A stretch of 64,000 bases of DNA from contig CAWHTX010000013.1 in NCBI GenBank assembly GCA_963832355.1, forward strand, positions 154,328 to 218,327, in the 5' to 3' direction. Source of the DNA: an uncultured Bacteroidota bacterium (GTDB lineage: Bacteria; Bacteroidota; Ignavibacteria; Ignavibacteriales; Ignavibacteriaceae). Each line of letters opens with the position of its first letter. The stretch's first letter is position 1. The position numbers were made by a program, and so were the translations under genes. Below, in pieces: positions 32,385 through 41,300 of the stretch. Under the pieces are notes generated by a model. It made no database searches and was not told the origin of the DNA. It saw only the letters and a program-made list of their open reading frames with translations.

Positions 32385-33209
32385 CTAAAAGTCCAGAAAC
32401 AGAACCGCTTTTATCAACCTTTCAAATTTTTCTTTTACCCTGCCGGCTGTTTCAGTGACTTCATTATGTGATAATTTACTATCAGATATCCCTGCCGCGT
32501 AATTTGTTATACAGGAGACCGATGCAGTCAGAATTCCCCTGGAAGCGGCATAATAAACTTCGGGTACAGTCGACATACCAACCGCATCTCCGCCAAAATT
32601 CCTTGTCATCTTAATTTCTGCCGGAGTTTCGTAAACCGGACCCTTATTATACCAATAGACTCCTTCCTGTAAAACAATTTGTTCATTTTCGGCAGCTTTT
32701 GCTATTACCGAATTCAGCAGAGGTGAAGGAAACTGCAGGAAATTATGTTTTTCTCTTATCCCGGAAATTCCCATAAGTTCGGTCATTTCTCTTTTTATAT
32801 TAAATCCTATAAATGACTTTGTAAGCATAAGGTCCCCGGGTACGAAATCACGGTTAACTCCACCGGCAGCATTTGTTGCAATCAGGTATTTTACGCCCAG
32901 TTTTTCTGCGATATATGCCGGAAGTACACATTCTGACAGGTGGTAACCCTCGTAAAAATGAATTCGTCCCTGGAAAAGGAGGAGTTTCCTTCCGCCGAAA
33001 TGAGCAAAATGAATTTTTCCCCGGTGCCCCTCGATCGTTGAAGGGGGATAAGAAGGCAGTTCTGATGTTGAGATTGTAAGGTCTACTTCCACACTGTCGG
33101 CAAAATCTCCCAAACCGCTTCCCAGTATGATGGCAATTTCCGGGTCAAAGGCTTTATTTTTCCTCAGATGAGAAACAAGATCTTTGTATTTAAAATCGAT
33201 GTCGAGCAT
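32385..33209 (-). CDS. Purine nucleoside phosphorylase (PNP family I, PunA-like)
   Basis: 274 aa. ILGSGLG, GHRGKI...GR.HFYEGY, NAAGG and MSTVPE motifs. Confidence 0.88.
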   Translation of the reverse strand: MLDIDFKYKDLVSHLRKNKAFDPEIAIILGSGLGDFADSVEVDLTISTSELPSYPPSTIEGHRGKIHFAHFGGRKLLLFQGRIHFYEGYHLSECVLPAYIAEKLGVKYLIATNAAGGVNRDFVPGDLMLTKSFIGFNIKREMTELMGISGIREKHNFLQFPSPLLNSVIAKAAENEQIVLQEGVYWYNKGPVYETPAEIKMTRNFGGDAVGMSTVPEVYYAASRGILTASVSCITNYAAGISDSKLSHNEVTETAGRVKEKFERLIKAVLFLDF

Positions 33210-33212
33210 ATA

Positions 33213-34565
33213 TTAAAATAAAATTCCTGCCAGCGTTGCTGTCATCAGGGTAGCCAGTGACCCGCCAAGAACTGCTTTTAATCCCAGTGAGGCAATATCG
33301 GGTTTACGTGATGGCGCCAGCGGACTCAATCCTCCAATTTGTATGGCTATTGAACTGAAGTTTGCAAAACCGCATAAAGCATAAGTTGCCATCAATATGG
33401 TCTTTGGGTCAAGGATCTGTTTGGCTTCTATTAAGCTTCCGAGATCAAGGTAGGCAACAAATTCATTAAGAACAATCTTGGTACCAAGCAGACTTCCGAA
33501 ATTTAATGCATCATGCCATGGAACCCCGATGCCGAATGCAATAAACTGCAGTACCCAGCCGAGCACCAATTGAAAATTTAGAGGTTTACCGTACATTTCC
33601 TTCAGGGGTTGATTCCATCCCATTATATCGCCCAGCCCCAGCAGTAAATAATTGATCAATGCTATAAGCGCAATAAAAGCAATAAGCATCGCTCCTACGT
33701 TAAGCGCAAGCATAAGACCGTCGGATGCCCCGTTCGCCGCCGCCTCAACAACATTAGATGCATTCTTTTCAATTTTAACCTTTACAGTACCTTTTGTTTC
33801 AGGTTCGGTGGTTTCAGGAAAAAGGATCTTTGAAATAACAAGTGCCGCAGGAGCCGCCATCACACTAGCGCCCAGAAGCTGGGTTGCAAATAACTGTCTC
33901 GCCTGGTCGAGTGGTATACCCAGTGTGTTGGCGTATGAATTACCTAAGATCTGAATGTAAGCTGCCATCACCCCGCCGGCAATTGTAGCCATACCTCCGA
34001 TCATTATAGTGAGTATCTCACTGCGTGTCATACCCTTGATAAAAGGCTTTATCATCAGGGGAGCTTCTGTCTGACCCACAAAGATATTTGCGGTACACGA
34101 CAGAGATTCGGCCCCGCTGGTTCCCATAAACTTAGCCATTACCCATGCCATTCCCTGCACAATCCTCTGCATTATTCCCAGGTAATACATTATCGACATA
34201 AGGCTGGCAAAGAAGATAATAGTAGGCAGCACCTGGAAAGCAAAGAACATACCCAGACTTCCATCCTGACCCGGAGATACAGCAAGGTTGCCGAAAACAA
34301 ACTTTGCACCCTCAGTAGTAAAATTCAAAAGAAGAACGAAGAAACCGCTAACCCAGTAGAAAAAATCCTTTGGCCATCCGAGCGGCGAAAATATAGTTCC
34401 CAGGTAATCTCCTTTAAGTATCAGAATAGCGAAAATAACCTGGAGAACAATTCCACTTATTACCAGCCTCCAGTTTATGTTCTTTTTGTTATTTGAAAAA
34501 AGGAAAGCAATTCCAAGAAGTAAAATAAGACCGAGTATTCCCCGGAGTATTCCTGTAATATCCAT
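33213..34565 (-). CDS. nupC: Concentrative nucleoside transporter (NupC/NupG family)
   Basis: 450 aa polytopic membrane protein. GTSGAESL, NIFVGQTEAPL and CGFANFSSI are characteristic of CNT transporters. Confidence 0.88.
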   Translation of the reverse strand: MDITGILRGILGLILLLGIAFLFSNNKKNINWRLVISGIVLQVIFAILILKGDYLGTIFSPLGWPKDFFYWVSGFFVLLLNFTTEGAKFVFGNLAVSPGQDGSLGMFFAFQVLPTIIFFASLMSIMYYLGIMQRIVQGMAWVMAKFMGTSGAESLSCTANIFVGQTEAPLMIKPFIKGMTRSEILTIMIGGMATIAGGVMAAYIQILGNSYANTLGIPLDQARQLFATQLLGASVMAAPAALVISKILFPETTEPETKGTVKVKIEKNASNVVEAAANGASDGLMLALNVGAMLIAFIALIALINYLLLGLGDIMGWNQPLKEMYGKPLNFQLVLGWVLQFIAFGIGVPWHDALNFGSLLGTKIVLNEFVAYLDLGSLIEAKQILDPKTILMATYALCGFANFSSIAIQIGGLSPLAPSRKPDIASLGLKAVLGGSLATLMTATLAGILF

Positions 34566-35149
34566 TAGAGTCCTTCTTCTTTAGGAATGTAATGACATTT
34601 TCTGCACCTTGCTTCATATATATCTGAAGCACCGACAATCACCCGTTCGGCAGAATGAGTTTTTCTCTGTGTTTTATCTGCGGGATTACCGCAGACTACG
34701 CATATGGCAAGCGTTTTTGTTATGTACTCTGCAATTGAAAGCAGCTGCGGCATCGGCTCAAATGGAATGCCCTTATAGTCCTGATCGAGTCCTGCTGCAA
34801 TTACACGTTTGCCCTGGTTGGCAAGAGTATTACAAACATCAACTATGCTCATTGGAAAGAACTGTGCTTCATCGATACCGACTACCTGTATATCAGCTGC
34901 CAGGTCAAGGATGTCGCCGGGATCGTCAATTAATAATGAAGGCAGCGACTGATCGCTGTGAGATACAATTGCTTTTGCTGAAAATCTCGTATCAATACGG
35001 GGTTTGAAAACGAGTACATTTTGCCGGGCTATTTCAGCACGGCGGAGTCTTCTTATCAGTTCCTCCGTTTTACCGCTGAACATGCAGCCTGCAATTACTT
35101 CAATCCATCCTGTGTCCCTTGGGAGGGAGTGGGGGGTATATTCCATCAT
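34565..35149 (-). CDS. tdk: Thymidine kinase
   Basis: 194 aa. P-loop [19 protein letters not shown] and a C-terminal Zn-ribbon (C..CG...C..C). Confidence 0.95.
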   Translation of the reverse strand: MMEYTPHSLPRDTGWIEVIAGCMFSGKTEELIRRLRRAEIARQNVLVFKPRIDTRFSAKAIVSHSDQSLPSLLIDDPGDILDLAADIQVVGIDEAQFFPMSIVDVCNTLANQGKRVIAAGLDQDYKGIPFEPMPQLLSIAEYITKTLAICVVCGNPADKTQRKTHSAERVIVGASDIYEARCRKCHYIPKEEGL

Positions 35150-35158
35150 ATATTTCTC

Positions 35159-35560
35159 TTACTTTAAGTTTTCATCCCCGAAAGGGAAGGGTAAAAGTTC
35201 ACCAAGTTTAAAAGTTTTTAATTCATTGTTATGATTTATTAGGACTACATCTATACCGCTGCAGAAATCATTCAGAACCTGGCGGCATGATCCGCAGGGG
35301 GGACAAAAGTCGGGATCATCGCTTGCTATCGCAATGGCCTTAAATTTCCTGTAACCTTCGGAGAGAGCTTTAAAGAGAGCGACCCTTTCGGCACAAAGTG
35401 TAAGACTGTAAGAACTTGTTTCAATATTTCCGCCGGTAAAAACTTTACCATCTTCCGTAAGCAGTGCTGAACCTACCCTGAATTTCGAATAGGTAGGAAT
35501 TGCTTTTTCCCTTGCTTCAGCAGCTAAACCTGCGAGTTCCTTATATTCCATTATAACCAC
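35159..35560 (-). CDS. cdd: Cytidine deaminase
   Basis: 133 aa with the CAERVA and PCGSCRQ zinc-binding motifs. Confidence 0.93.
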   Translation of the reverse strand: MVIMEYKELAGLAAEAREKAIPTYSKFRVGSALLTEDGKVFTGGNIETSSYSLTLCAERVALFKALSEGYRKFKAIAIASDDPDFCPPCGSCRQVLNDFCSGIDVVLINHNNELKTFKLGELLPFPFGDENLK

Positions 35561-35606
35561 AATTTTACTGGCAAAAATATGGCATTAAATAAAAAGTTCA
35601 AACTAA

Positions 35607-36449
35607 TTACCCGGTATCTTTTTTCAGCATTGCATAAAAAGTGGGTGTAAAATAATTATTAATTAATCCCTCTTTATCAGAAGCTAATTTTTTCAGGACT
35701 AAAATTGTCCCTGTTATCCGAAGCAGTTTAAAGAGCAACAGGTGAAAACTGCTCCACAAAATTCCCCCCGGGTTCTGATCAAGTATAGTTACAGTCTCGG
35801 CCGTTTTCAAGTACAGCCTATACTCTTTGAATAAAAGCTTCAGTTCAGTTAACGAAAATAACTGTGCAAGGTCATTCCTTCCCATCTCGCTTTTTCTAAA
35901 ATATCTTAAGAAATATTTTTTAATTGCTGGTCTTTTAAATAGTGCCAGAAGCGGGATTCCCCAGTGTGGATCTGAAACCAGGTTAAAGATTGATTTTCTG
36001 TTGGGTGTGCTCAGATAAACAGAACCGTTCTGTCTTAGTATCCTTGACACTTCCTGTATGAACAGGCCGGGTTGTTCTATATGTTCAATTACATCCTGGA
36101 GAATTATCATGTCGAATGATGAGTTCCTGAATGGAAGTATCTCGGCTCTGCCATTAATCAATGGATAATTAATAGAAAAATCCTGCTGTCTTTTTAGTCG
36201 CAGCAGACTCAGATCATAACTTATAACATTATTATTCTCAGCAAATAGTGCAGATGTACCTCCTTCTCCCGATCCAAGGTCAAGGATATCCAGGTTTTCA
36301 CACTTTACCACCGAAGAGATAATTTCTTTTACAACTGCAGCCCGTTTATAGCGCAGATCCCGACCCCTCTTCCACCTGTTAAAATTAGGATGTTTCTGAT
36401 CCAGCCAGGCTGTATTCAGTGTTAAATTATCGTGTGAAATATTCTGCAT
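35607..36449 (-). CDS. Class I SAM-dependent methyltransferase
   Basis: 280 aa. Motif I ILDLGSGEGG and post-I/II motifs (FDMIILQDVIEH). Confidence 0.75.
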   Translation of the reverse strand: MQNISHDNLTLNTAWLDQKHPNFNRWKRGRDLRYKRAAVVKEIISSVVKCENLDILDLGSGEGGTSALFAENNNVISYDLSLLRLKRQQDFSINYPLINGRAEILPFRNSSFDMIILQDVIEHIEQPGLFIQEVSRILRQNGSVYLSTPNRKSIFNLVSDPHWGIPLLALFKRPAIKKYFLRYFRKSEMGRNDLAQLFSLTELKLLFKEYRLYLKTAETVTILDQNPGGILWSSFHLLLFKLLRITGTILVLKKLASDKEGLINNYFTPTFYAMLKKDTG

Positions 36450-36524
36450 AGATTCAACTCTTTACAAACAAAATAGAGAAGTTTCCCTGAAATAAAAAGC
36501 TGATAGCAAAATGACGACTCAGGA

Positions 36525-37601
36525 TTAATCCTGCTTCCATTCCACTTTTCGGAATAATGAGTTGAAAAAATTTATAACCAGGAAGATCTCATAGGCAATA
36601 TCCAGATACAGGAGCCGGATGAGATTAATACGGTAATTGAAGTTTTTCTGCACATAAGATAAGATCAGAATATCAGTTGAGAGCTTAACTACAGCCGGCC
36701 ACGCAAAGTTTAGATTAATGAACATCAGGAGCGGGGAGAAAAGCATAAAAAGATTTAACAGATGCCACCCGGCGAGGATCAACTTAATTTTAAGACTGTA
36801 ATGGAGTGAAGTCTGGGTATGACGAGCCTTCTGCTGTAAATAATCGTGCAGATTGTCCATAGTATATGAGTAAACCATGGCCTTTTTATCAAAGAATACT
36901 TTGATCTTCAATTTATTCCCTGCAGCCTCTCTCAGAAGCAGATCATCATCTCCACTGACCGTATCCAGTGTTTTGTTATAACCCCCGATCCTGGTAAAAG
37001 CTTCCTTAGAAAATCCCATATTTCTGCCGGCCGCTGTATATGGCAGACCGAGAGAGGCCAGACTAAAGGATAGGAAATGACTCTTCAGATTTTCAACACA
37101 AGAAAGACTGCTGATAAAATTCTTTTCCTTTCTGATTAGAGGTGCGGGGCCGAAAATAAAATCAAATCCCTGCTCAAACAGCGCTGATGCAGTGCCCAGC
37201 CATCCCGAAGAAGGAAGACAGTCGGCATCAGTTATCATAATATATGGATACTTAGCGCCTTCGATTCCTTTCAGCAAAGCTCCTCTCTTAGCAGGAAGGG
37301 ACTTTTCCCCGGCTCTAATTACTCTGAAATTCGATCTGTTCCCGGTGCATTTTACAGCTCTGGCATATGTTCCGTCAACCGAATTGTCATCAGCAATAAT
37401 CATTTCAAATTTTCCGTCGGGGTAAATAATACTTTTTACTGAGTTAAGCAGCCCTTCGATATTATCCTCCTCATTTTTTGCTGCCGCTATTACGGAGATT
37501 GGTGTACTGTCACCTGCAGGCAGAATATCCCGGAGCAGTTTGACAAACCCGATTACAAGCACCAGCTGTACCAGCAGATAGAATACAGAAATTAGAATCA
37601 T
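36525..37601 (-). CDS. Family 2 glycosyltransferase with C-terminal TM segments
   Basis: 358 aa. ISVIAAAKNEE..., IIADDNSVDGT and ITDADC (D-x-D) match the GT-A fold signature. Confidence 0.8.
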   Translation of the reverse strand: MILISVFYLLVQLVLVIGFVKLLRDILPAGDSTPISVIAAAKNEEDNIEGLLNSVKSIIYPDGKFEMIIADDNSVDGTYARAVKCTGNRSNFRVIRAGEKSLPAKRGALLKGIEGAKYPYIMITDADCLPSSGWLGTASALFEQGFDFIFGPAPLIRKEKNFISSLSCVENLKSHFLSFSLASLGLPYTAAGRNMGFSKEAFTRIGGYNKTLDTVSGDDDLLLREAAGNKLKIKVFFDKKAMVYSYTMDNLHDYLQQKARHTQTSLHYSLKIKLILAGWHLLNLFMLFSPLLMFINLNFAWPAVVKLSTDILILSYVQKNFNYRINLIRLLYLDIAYEIFLVINFFNSLFRKVEWKQD

Positions 37602-37748
37602 TTATGAAAAAATCCCCGTCTCAATTAATTAATTGTTAAAATAACAATACAATAGTATTAAATATCCCTGCAAATTTACACGGTTTCTTATTTGTTAAGG
37701 ATGAGCGACGAAAGTGACGGAAAGAAAAAAAATCAAGCGCAAAAATAT

Positions 37749-37783
37749 TTTGTTTTTTATAAATAAAAATTAGTATTTTAATT
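37749..37783 (+). promoter_or_regulatory. Promoter-like box TTTG-N21-TATTTTAATT about 275 nt upstream of BNR gene 1
   Basis: The same box with the same spacing is found upstream of the paralog at 41018-41052. It resembles the FCB-type -33 TTTG / -7 TAnnTTTG architecture. Confidence 0.3.
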
Positions 37784-38057
37784 GCAATATTGAAATTGAA
37801 TAAACAATTGAGATCCGGCAAATATTAATTGATACGATTTACCTCTTCCATTATTTTTTTCCCAACTACAAAAGGAATAATTTAATCACCGGGCATACAT
37901 CCGTCTGCTTTTATGGTTCTTCGTATTTTTTGCCCCGGGCTTTAGATGTAATGCGTAGAAAATTACTGCCATTATTAATAGTCGGAAAATCATTTAATAC
38001 TTAATGATCTAAATAAATAACTTACTCGTTAAACCAATCTAAATTTAAGGAGACCTT

Positions 38058-40907
38058 ATGAGGAGGCATTTACCGATTGTTGCCGTACTTGCTTTTGTAG
38101 CTGTATGGACAATGAACTCTTTTGCTCAGTTTACTTCAGATCCGAGGAAGATGAGCGTTTACAAACCTCAGGACGGCACATTTTATCAGGTTCCTCCCGG
38201 AGCTGATAATTATCAAAATCCAAATCACGAAAGTAAAATATATGTTTTTCGTGACCAGGTAGTTGATGTGTACCCTAACTTTCGTGTGCATCCCAGTACT
38301 TTAGCACAAAGCGAGGTACCAATTACCAGAGGTTTGGATCCCAATATTTTATTCGCTTCAGCAAACGTCTATAGACCCAGCCCCTTTTTGATAACAGAGG
38401 GAATTTATGTTTCAACAGATGGCGGTAATACATGGTTTGGAAGTGATACCTGCACTTCAGCCCCAATAAATGATCACCTGGGAGATCCAGGACCCGGTGT
38501 AGGACCTGATGGAACATTATATATGTCATTTCTCGGTTATTCAGGGGGAATGAAGGTTGCATATTCAAATGACTTTGGAAACACCTGGTCGCCAAGCATT
38601 ATACTTCAATCAGGATCCGTTGATAAAAACTTAACTGCTGTTGATAACGTTCCTGGTAGTCCCTACCTGGGAAATGCATACGTGGTATGGTCAGATTTTA
38701 ATCAATCAAATCCTTCTGCAACCGCTTCGTACAGCACAGATGGTGGTGTTACATGGTCAACATATCAGCATATAAATTCTTCTGCTACCGGGCATTATAC
38801 TCAGGGTGTTAACCCTGCTGTAGGTCCCGGCGGAGTTGTTTATGTTGCCTGGCAGAGCCCGGTATCCGGAAGTCCTTTCACAGGTGATTTTGTGGGACTT
38901 GGAAAGTCTACCGATGGAGGTGCCTCATGGACATATGATAATAACATTTATGACTGTAATGGTATCCGCGGTACTCTGACATTCGCTGGTGCTTCAGGCA
39001 TAAGAGTGAATGATTTTCCGGCGCTGGCTGTTGACAACTCGGGCGGCCCGAGAAATGGCTGGCTTTACATTGTAACTGCTGAAAGAAATCTTGCTCCGGC
39101 AGGTTCAGATCCCGATATCGTTATGCATTATTCTTCCGACGGCGGTACTACCTGGTCTGATGGTATCAGGGTTAACCAGGATGCAATGAATAATGGACAA
39201 TTTCAGTATATGCCCGCTGTCTGCGTAGGCGAAGATGGCGCTGTAAACGTTGTATATTATGATACACGTAATTATACCGGCGGCGGTTCTCCCGATTCAG
39301 CCGAAGTGTACCTTTCAAGATCAGTAGATGGCGGAGCCACATTTATTGATATCCCTGTTAGTGACCACAAATTTAAACCAAAACCTATTGCAGGTTTAGC
39401 TGGTGGATATCAGGGAGATTATATAGGTGTTACTGAATCTAATGGTAACGTATACCCTTATTGGGCAGATGATATATCTGGTGTTTACCAGGCATGGACA
39501 GCACAGGTATCTTTCGGACCACCTTGTGAGGTTGAGAATGCATCCAATCCTGATCCAGCTTCCGGTGCAACAGATGTAGATATTAATTTATCACAGCTCA
39601 GCTGGACGAATGGTGCAGGCGCTGTCACTAATGAGCTCTATTTTGGTACAAGTCCAACAAACCTTACATTAGTACAATCCGGATCTTTGTCTACATCATG
39701 GACAATAGACCCAAGTTATCTTCCATTAGATTATTACACAAATTATTATTGGAAAGTAGTAGAATTGGGAGATACTTGTAACTCAAGTATTATTTTCGGT
39801 TTCAAGACAATACAGGATCCGAATTTCCATATGGTTTCTGATACACTGTACCCTCAGAGTCTTGATTACTGGACCGGTACAACCGACGGATCTACCAAGA
39901 CGGATATCAGCGAAGTGAGAACTGCTGATCCTGAAGTAGGCTGGATGGCTTTTGATATAAGTTCCATCCCAAGTCAGGCAACTGTTACAGGTGTATCATT
40001 CAATGGATATGTAAATGATACGAACTGGCCATATTGGAGTATTACCCCTATGCCTGATAATCCTGTCACAAGCAGTGCATCAATTGTCTATAATGACGTT
40101 ATGGCCGGATATGACCAGGGAGTTGCGTATTTATATTCAGATGAATCCTCTTCATACACTACCGGGTGGCATACCTATTTGTTAGAAAGCAATGCTGTTT
40201 CAGATCTCCAGGATGCAGTTACAGGCTCCCAGGGATGGTTTGGTACCGGTATTGTGGATCGTGATTTTTCCACGACATACTACATTAACTTCGACGGCTG
40301 GAATGAAGCCAATCCTCCTTATATAGTTGTCGACTACTACTATGTAACTCCTGTTGAGCTTTCTTCCTTTACTGCTTCTACAGATAATGGGACAGTAAAC
40401 CTGAACTGGTCGACTGCTACGGAAACCAATAACAAAGGTTTTGAGATAGAACGTAAATCAGTTAACGGTGAATACCAGAAGGTTGGATACGTAGCCGGTT
40501 TCGGAACAACAACAGAACCTAAGAGCTATACCTTCACAGACAATAAAGTTGAGGGCGGACAGTATACATACAGGTTGAGACAGGTCGATCTGAATGGCTC
40601 ATCTTCCTATTCAAAAGAAGTAGAAGTTGAAGTTACTGTTCCTAAAGTATTCTCACTGGCTCAGAATTATCCGAATCCTTTTAATCCGACAACACTCATA
40701 CAATATTCAATTCCTGCTGAACAGCATGTGAAACTGAATGTTTATAATCTGCTCGGTGAAAAAGTGATGACTCTGGTTGACGGCATACAGAAATCAGGTC
40801 AGCACGAAGTTAACTTCAATGCTTCAAATCTTGCCAGTGGTGTTTATATCTACAAGCTTGAGGCCGGGACCCAATCTTCTATAAAGAAGATGGTTCTGAT
40901 GAAGTAA
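38058..40907 (+). CDS. Secreted BNR/Asp-box repeat (sialidase-fold propeller) protein with a T9SS sorting domain, paralog 1
   Basis: 949 aa with a signal peptide. Six S-x-D-x-G-x-T-W-type boxes (STDGGNTW, SNDFGNTW, STDGGVTW, STDGGASW, SSDGGTTW, SVDGGATF). The C-terminus is NYPNPFNPTT...GVYIYKLE...KKMVLMK. Confidence 0.8.
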   Translation: MRRHLPIVAVLAFVAVWTMNSFAQFTSDPRKMSVYKPQDGTFYQVPPGADNYQNPNHESKIYVFRDQVVDVYPNFRVHPSTLAQSEVPITRGLDPNILFASANVYRPSPFLITEGIYVSTDGGNTWFGSDTCTSAPINDHLGDPGPGVGPDGTLYMSFLGYSGGMKVAYSNDFGNTWSPSIILQSGSVDKNLTAVDNVPGSPYLGNAYVVWSDFNQSNPSATASYSTDGGVTWSTYQHINSSATGHYTQGVNPAVGPGGVVYVAWQSPVSGSPFTGDFVGLGKSTDGGASWTYDNNIYDCNGIRGTLTFAGASGIRVNDFPALAVDNSGGPRNGWLYIVTAERNLAPAGSDPDIVMHYSSDGGTTWSDGIRVNQDAMNNGQFQYMPAVCVGEDGAVNVVYYDTRNYTGGGSPDSAEVYLSRSVDGGATFIDIPVSDHKFKPKPIAGLAGGYQGDYIGVTESNGNVYPYWADDISGVYQAWTAQVSFGPPCEVENASNPDPASGATDVDINLSQLSWTNGAGAVTNELYFGTSPTNLTLVQSGSLSTSWTIDPSYLPLDYYTNYYWKVVELGDTCNSSIIFGFKTIQDPNFHMVSDTLYPQSLDYWTGTTDGSTKTDISEVRTADPEVGWMAFDISSIPSQATVTGVSFNGYVNDTNWPYWSITPMPDNPVTSSASIVYNDVMAGYDQGVAYLYSDESSSYTTGWHTYLLESNAVSDLQDAVTGSQGWFGTGIVDRDFSTTYYINFDGWNEANPPYIVVDYYYVTPVELSSFTASTDNGTVNLNWSTATETNNKGFEIERKSVNGEYQKVGYVAGFGTTTEPKSYTFTDNKVEGGQYTYRLRQVDLNGSSSYSKEVEVEVTVPKVFSLAQNYPNPFNPTTLIQYSIPAEQHVKLNVYNLLGEKVMTLVDGIQKSGQHEVNFNASNLASGVYIYKLEAGTQSSIKKMVLMK

Positions 40908-40972
40908 TAAGCAATAAATAATCCGGATTAAAATGGTCAATTAATAGTGTTGGATCATTCTGGAAGTCCATT

Positions 40973-41008
40973 AACAGGCTGTTTTTCACGAACAGCCTGT
41001 TTTTGTTT
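40973..41008 (+). terminator. Rho-independent terminator after BNR paralog 1
   Basis: Perfect 11-bp stem aacaggctgtt / aacagcctgtt with a 7-nt loop, followed by a ttttgttt run. Confidence 0.8.
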
Positions 41009-41017
41009 AAAAAGAAT

Positions 41018-41052
41018 TTTGTTTTTTAATTTCAAAATTCATTATTTTAATT
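41018..41052 (+). promoter_or_regulatory. Promoter-like box TTTG-N21-TATTTTAATT about 250 nt upstream of BNR gene 2
   Basis: Duplicate of the box at 37749-37783 with identical spacing. Confidence 0.3.
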
Positions 41053-41300
41053 CAGTAATAAAATAGTCTTTAACCGGAAGTAACTTGTCAGCCTGAGTTC
41101 CAATCTATTTGTCGATGTATATAAGATAGAAAAGTTTAATTATAAATTCGTATACAGCTCCCTACTGTAATTCTATACAATTACTTCCTGATCTATTTTT
41201 TTGTAATATTGAACCAAAATCCTCAAACAGCAAATAATCATTCAGCAAAATATGATCTTTCTAATCAACCAAACATTAACTTACCAATTAAGGAGACTTT

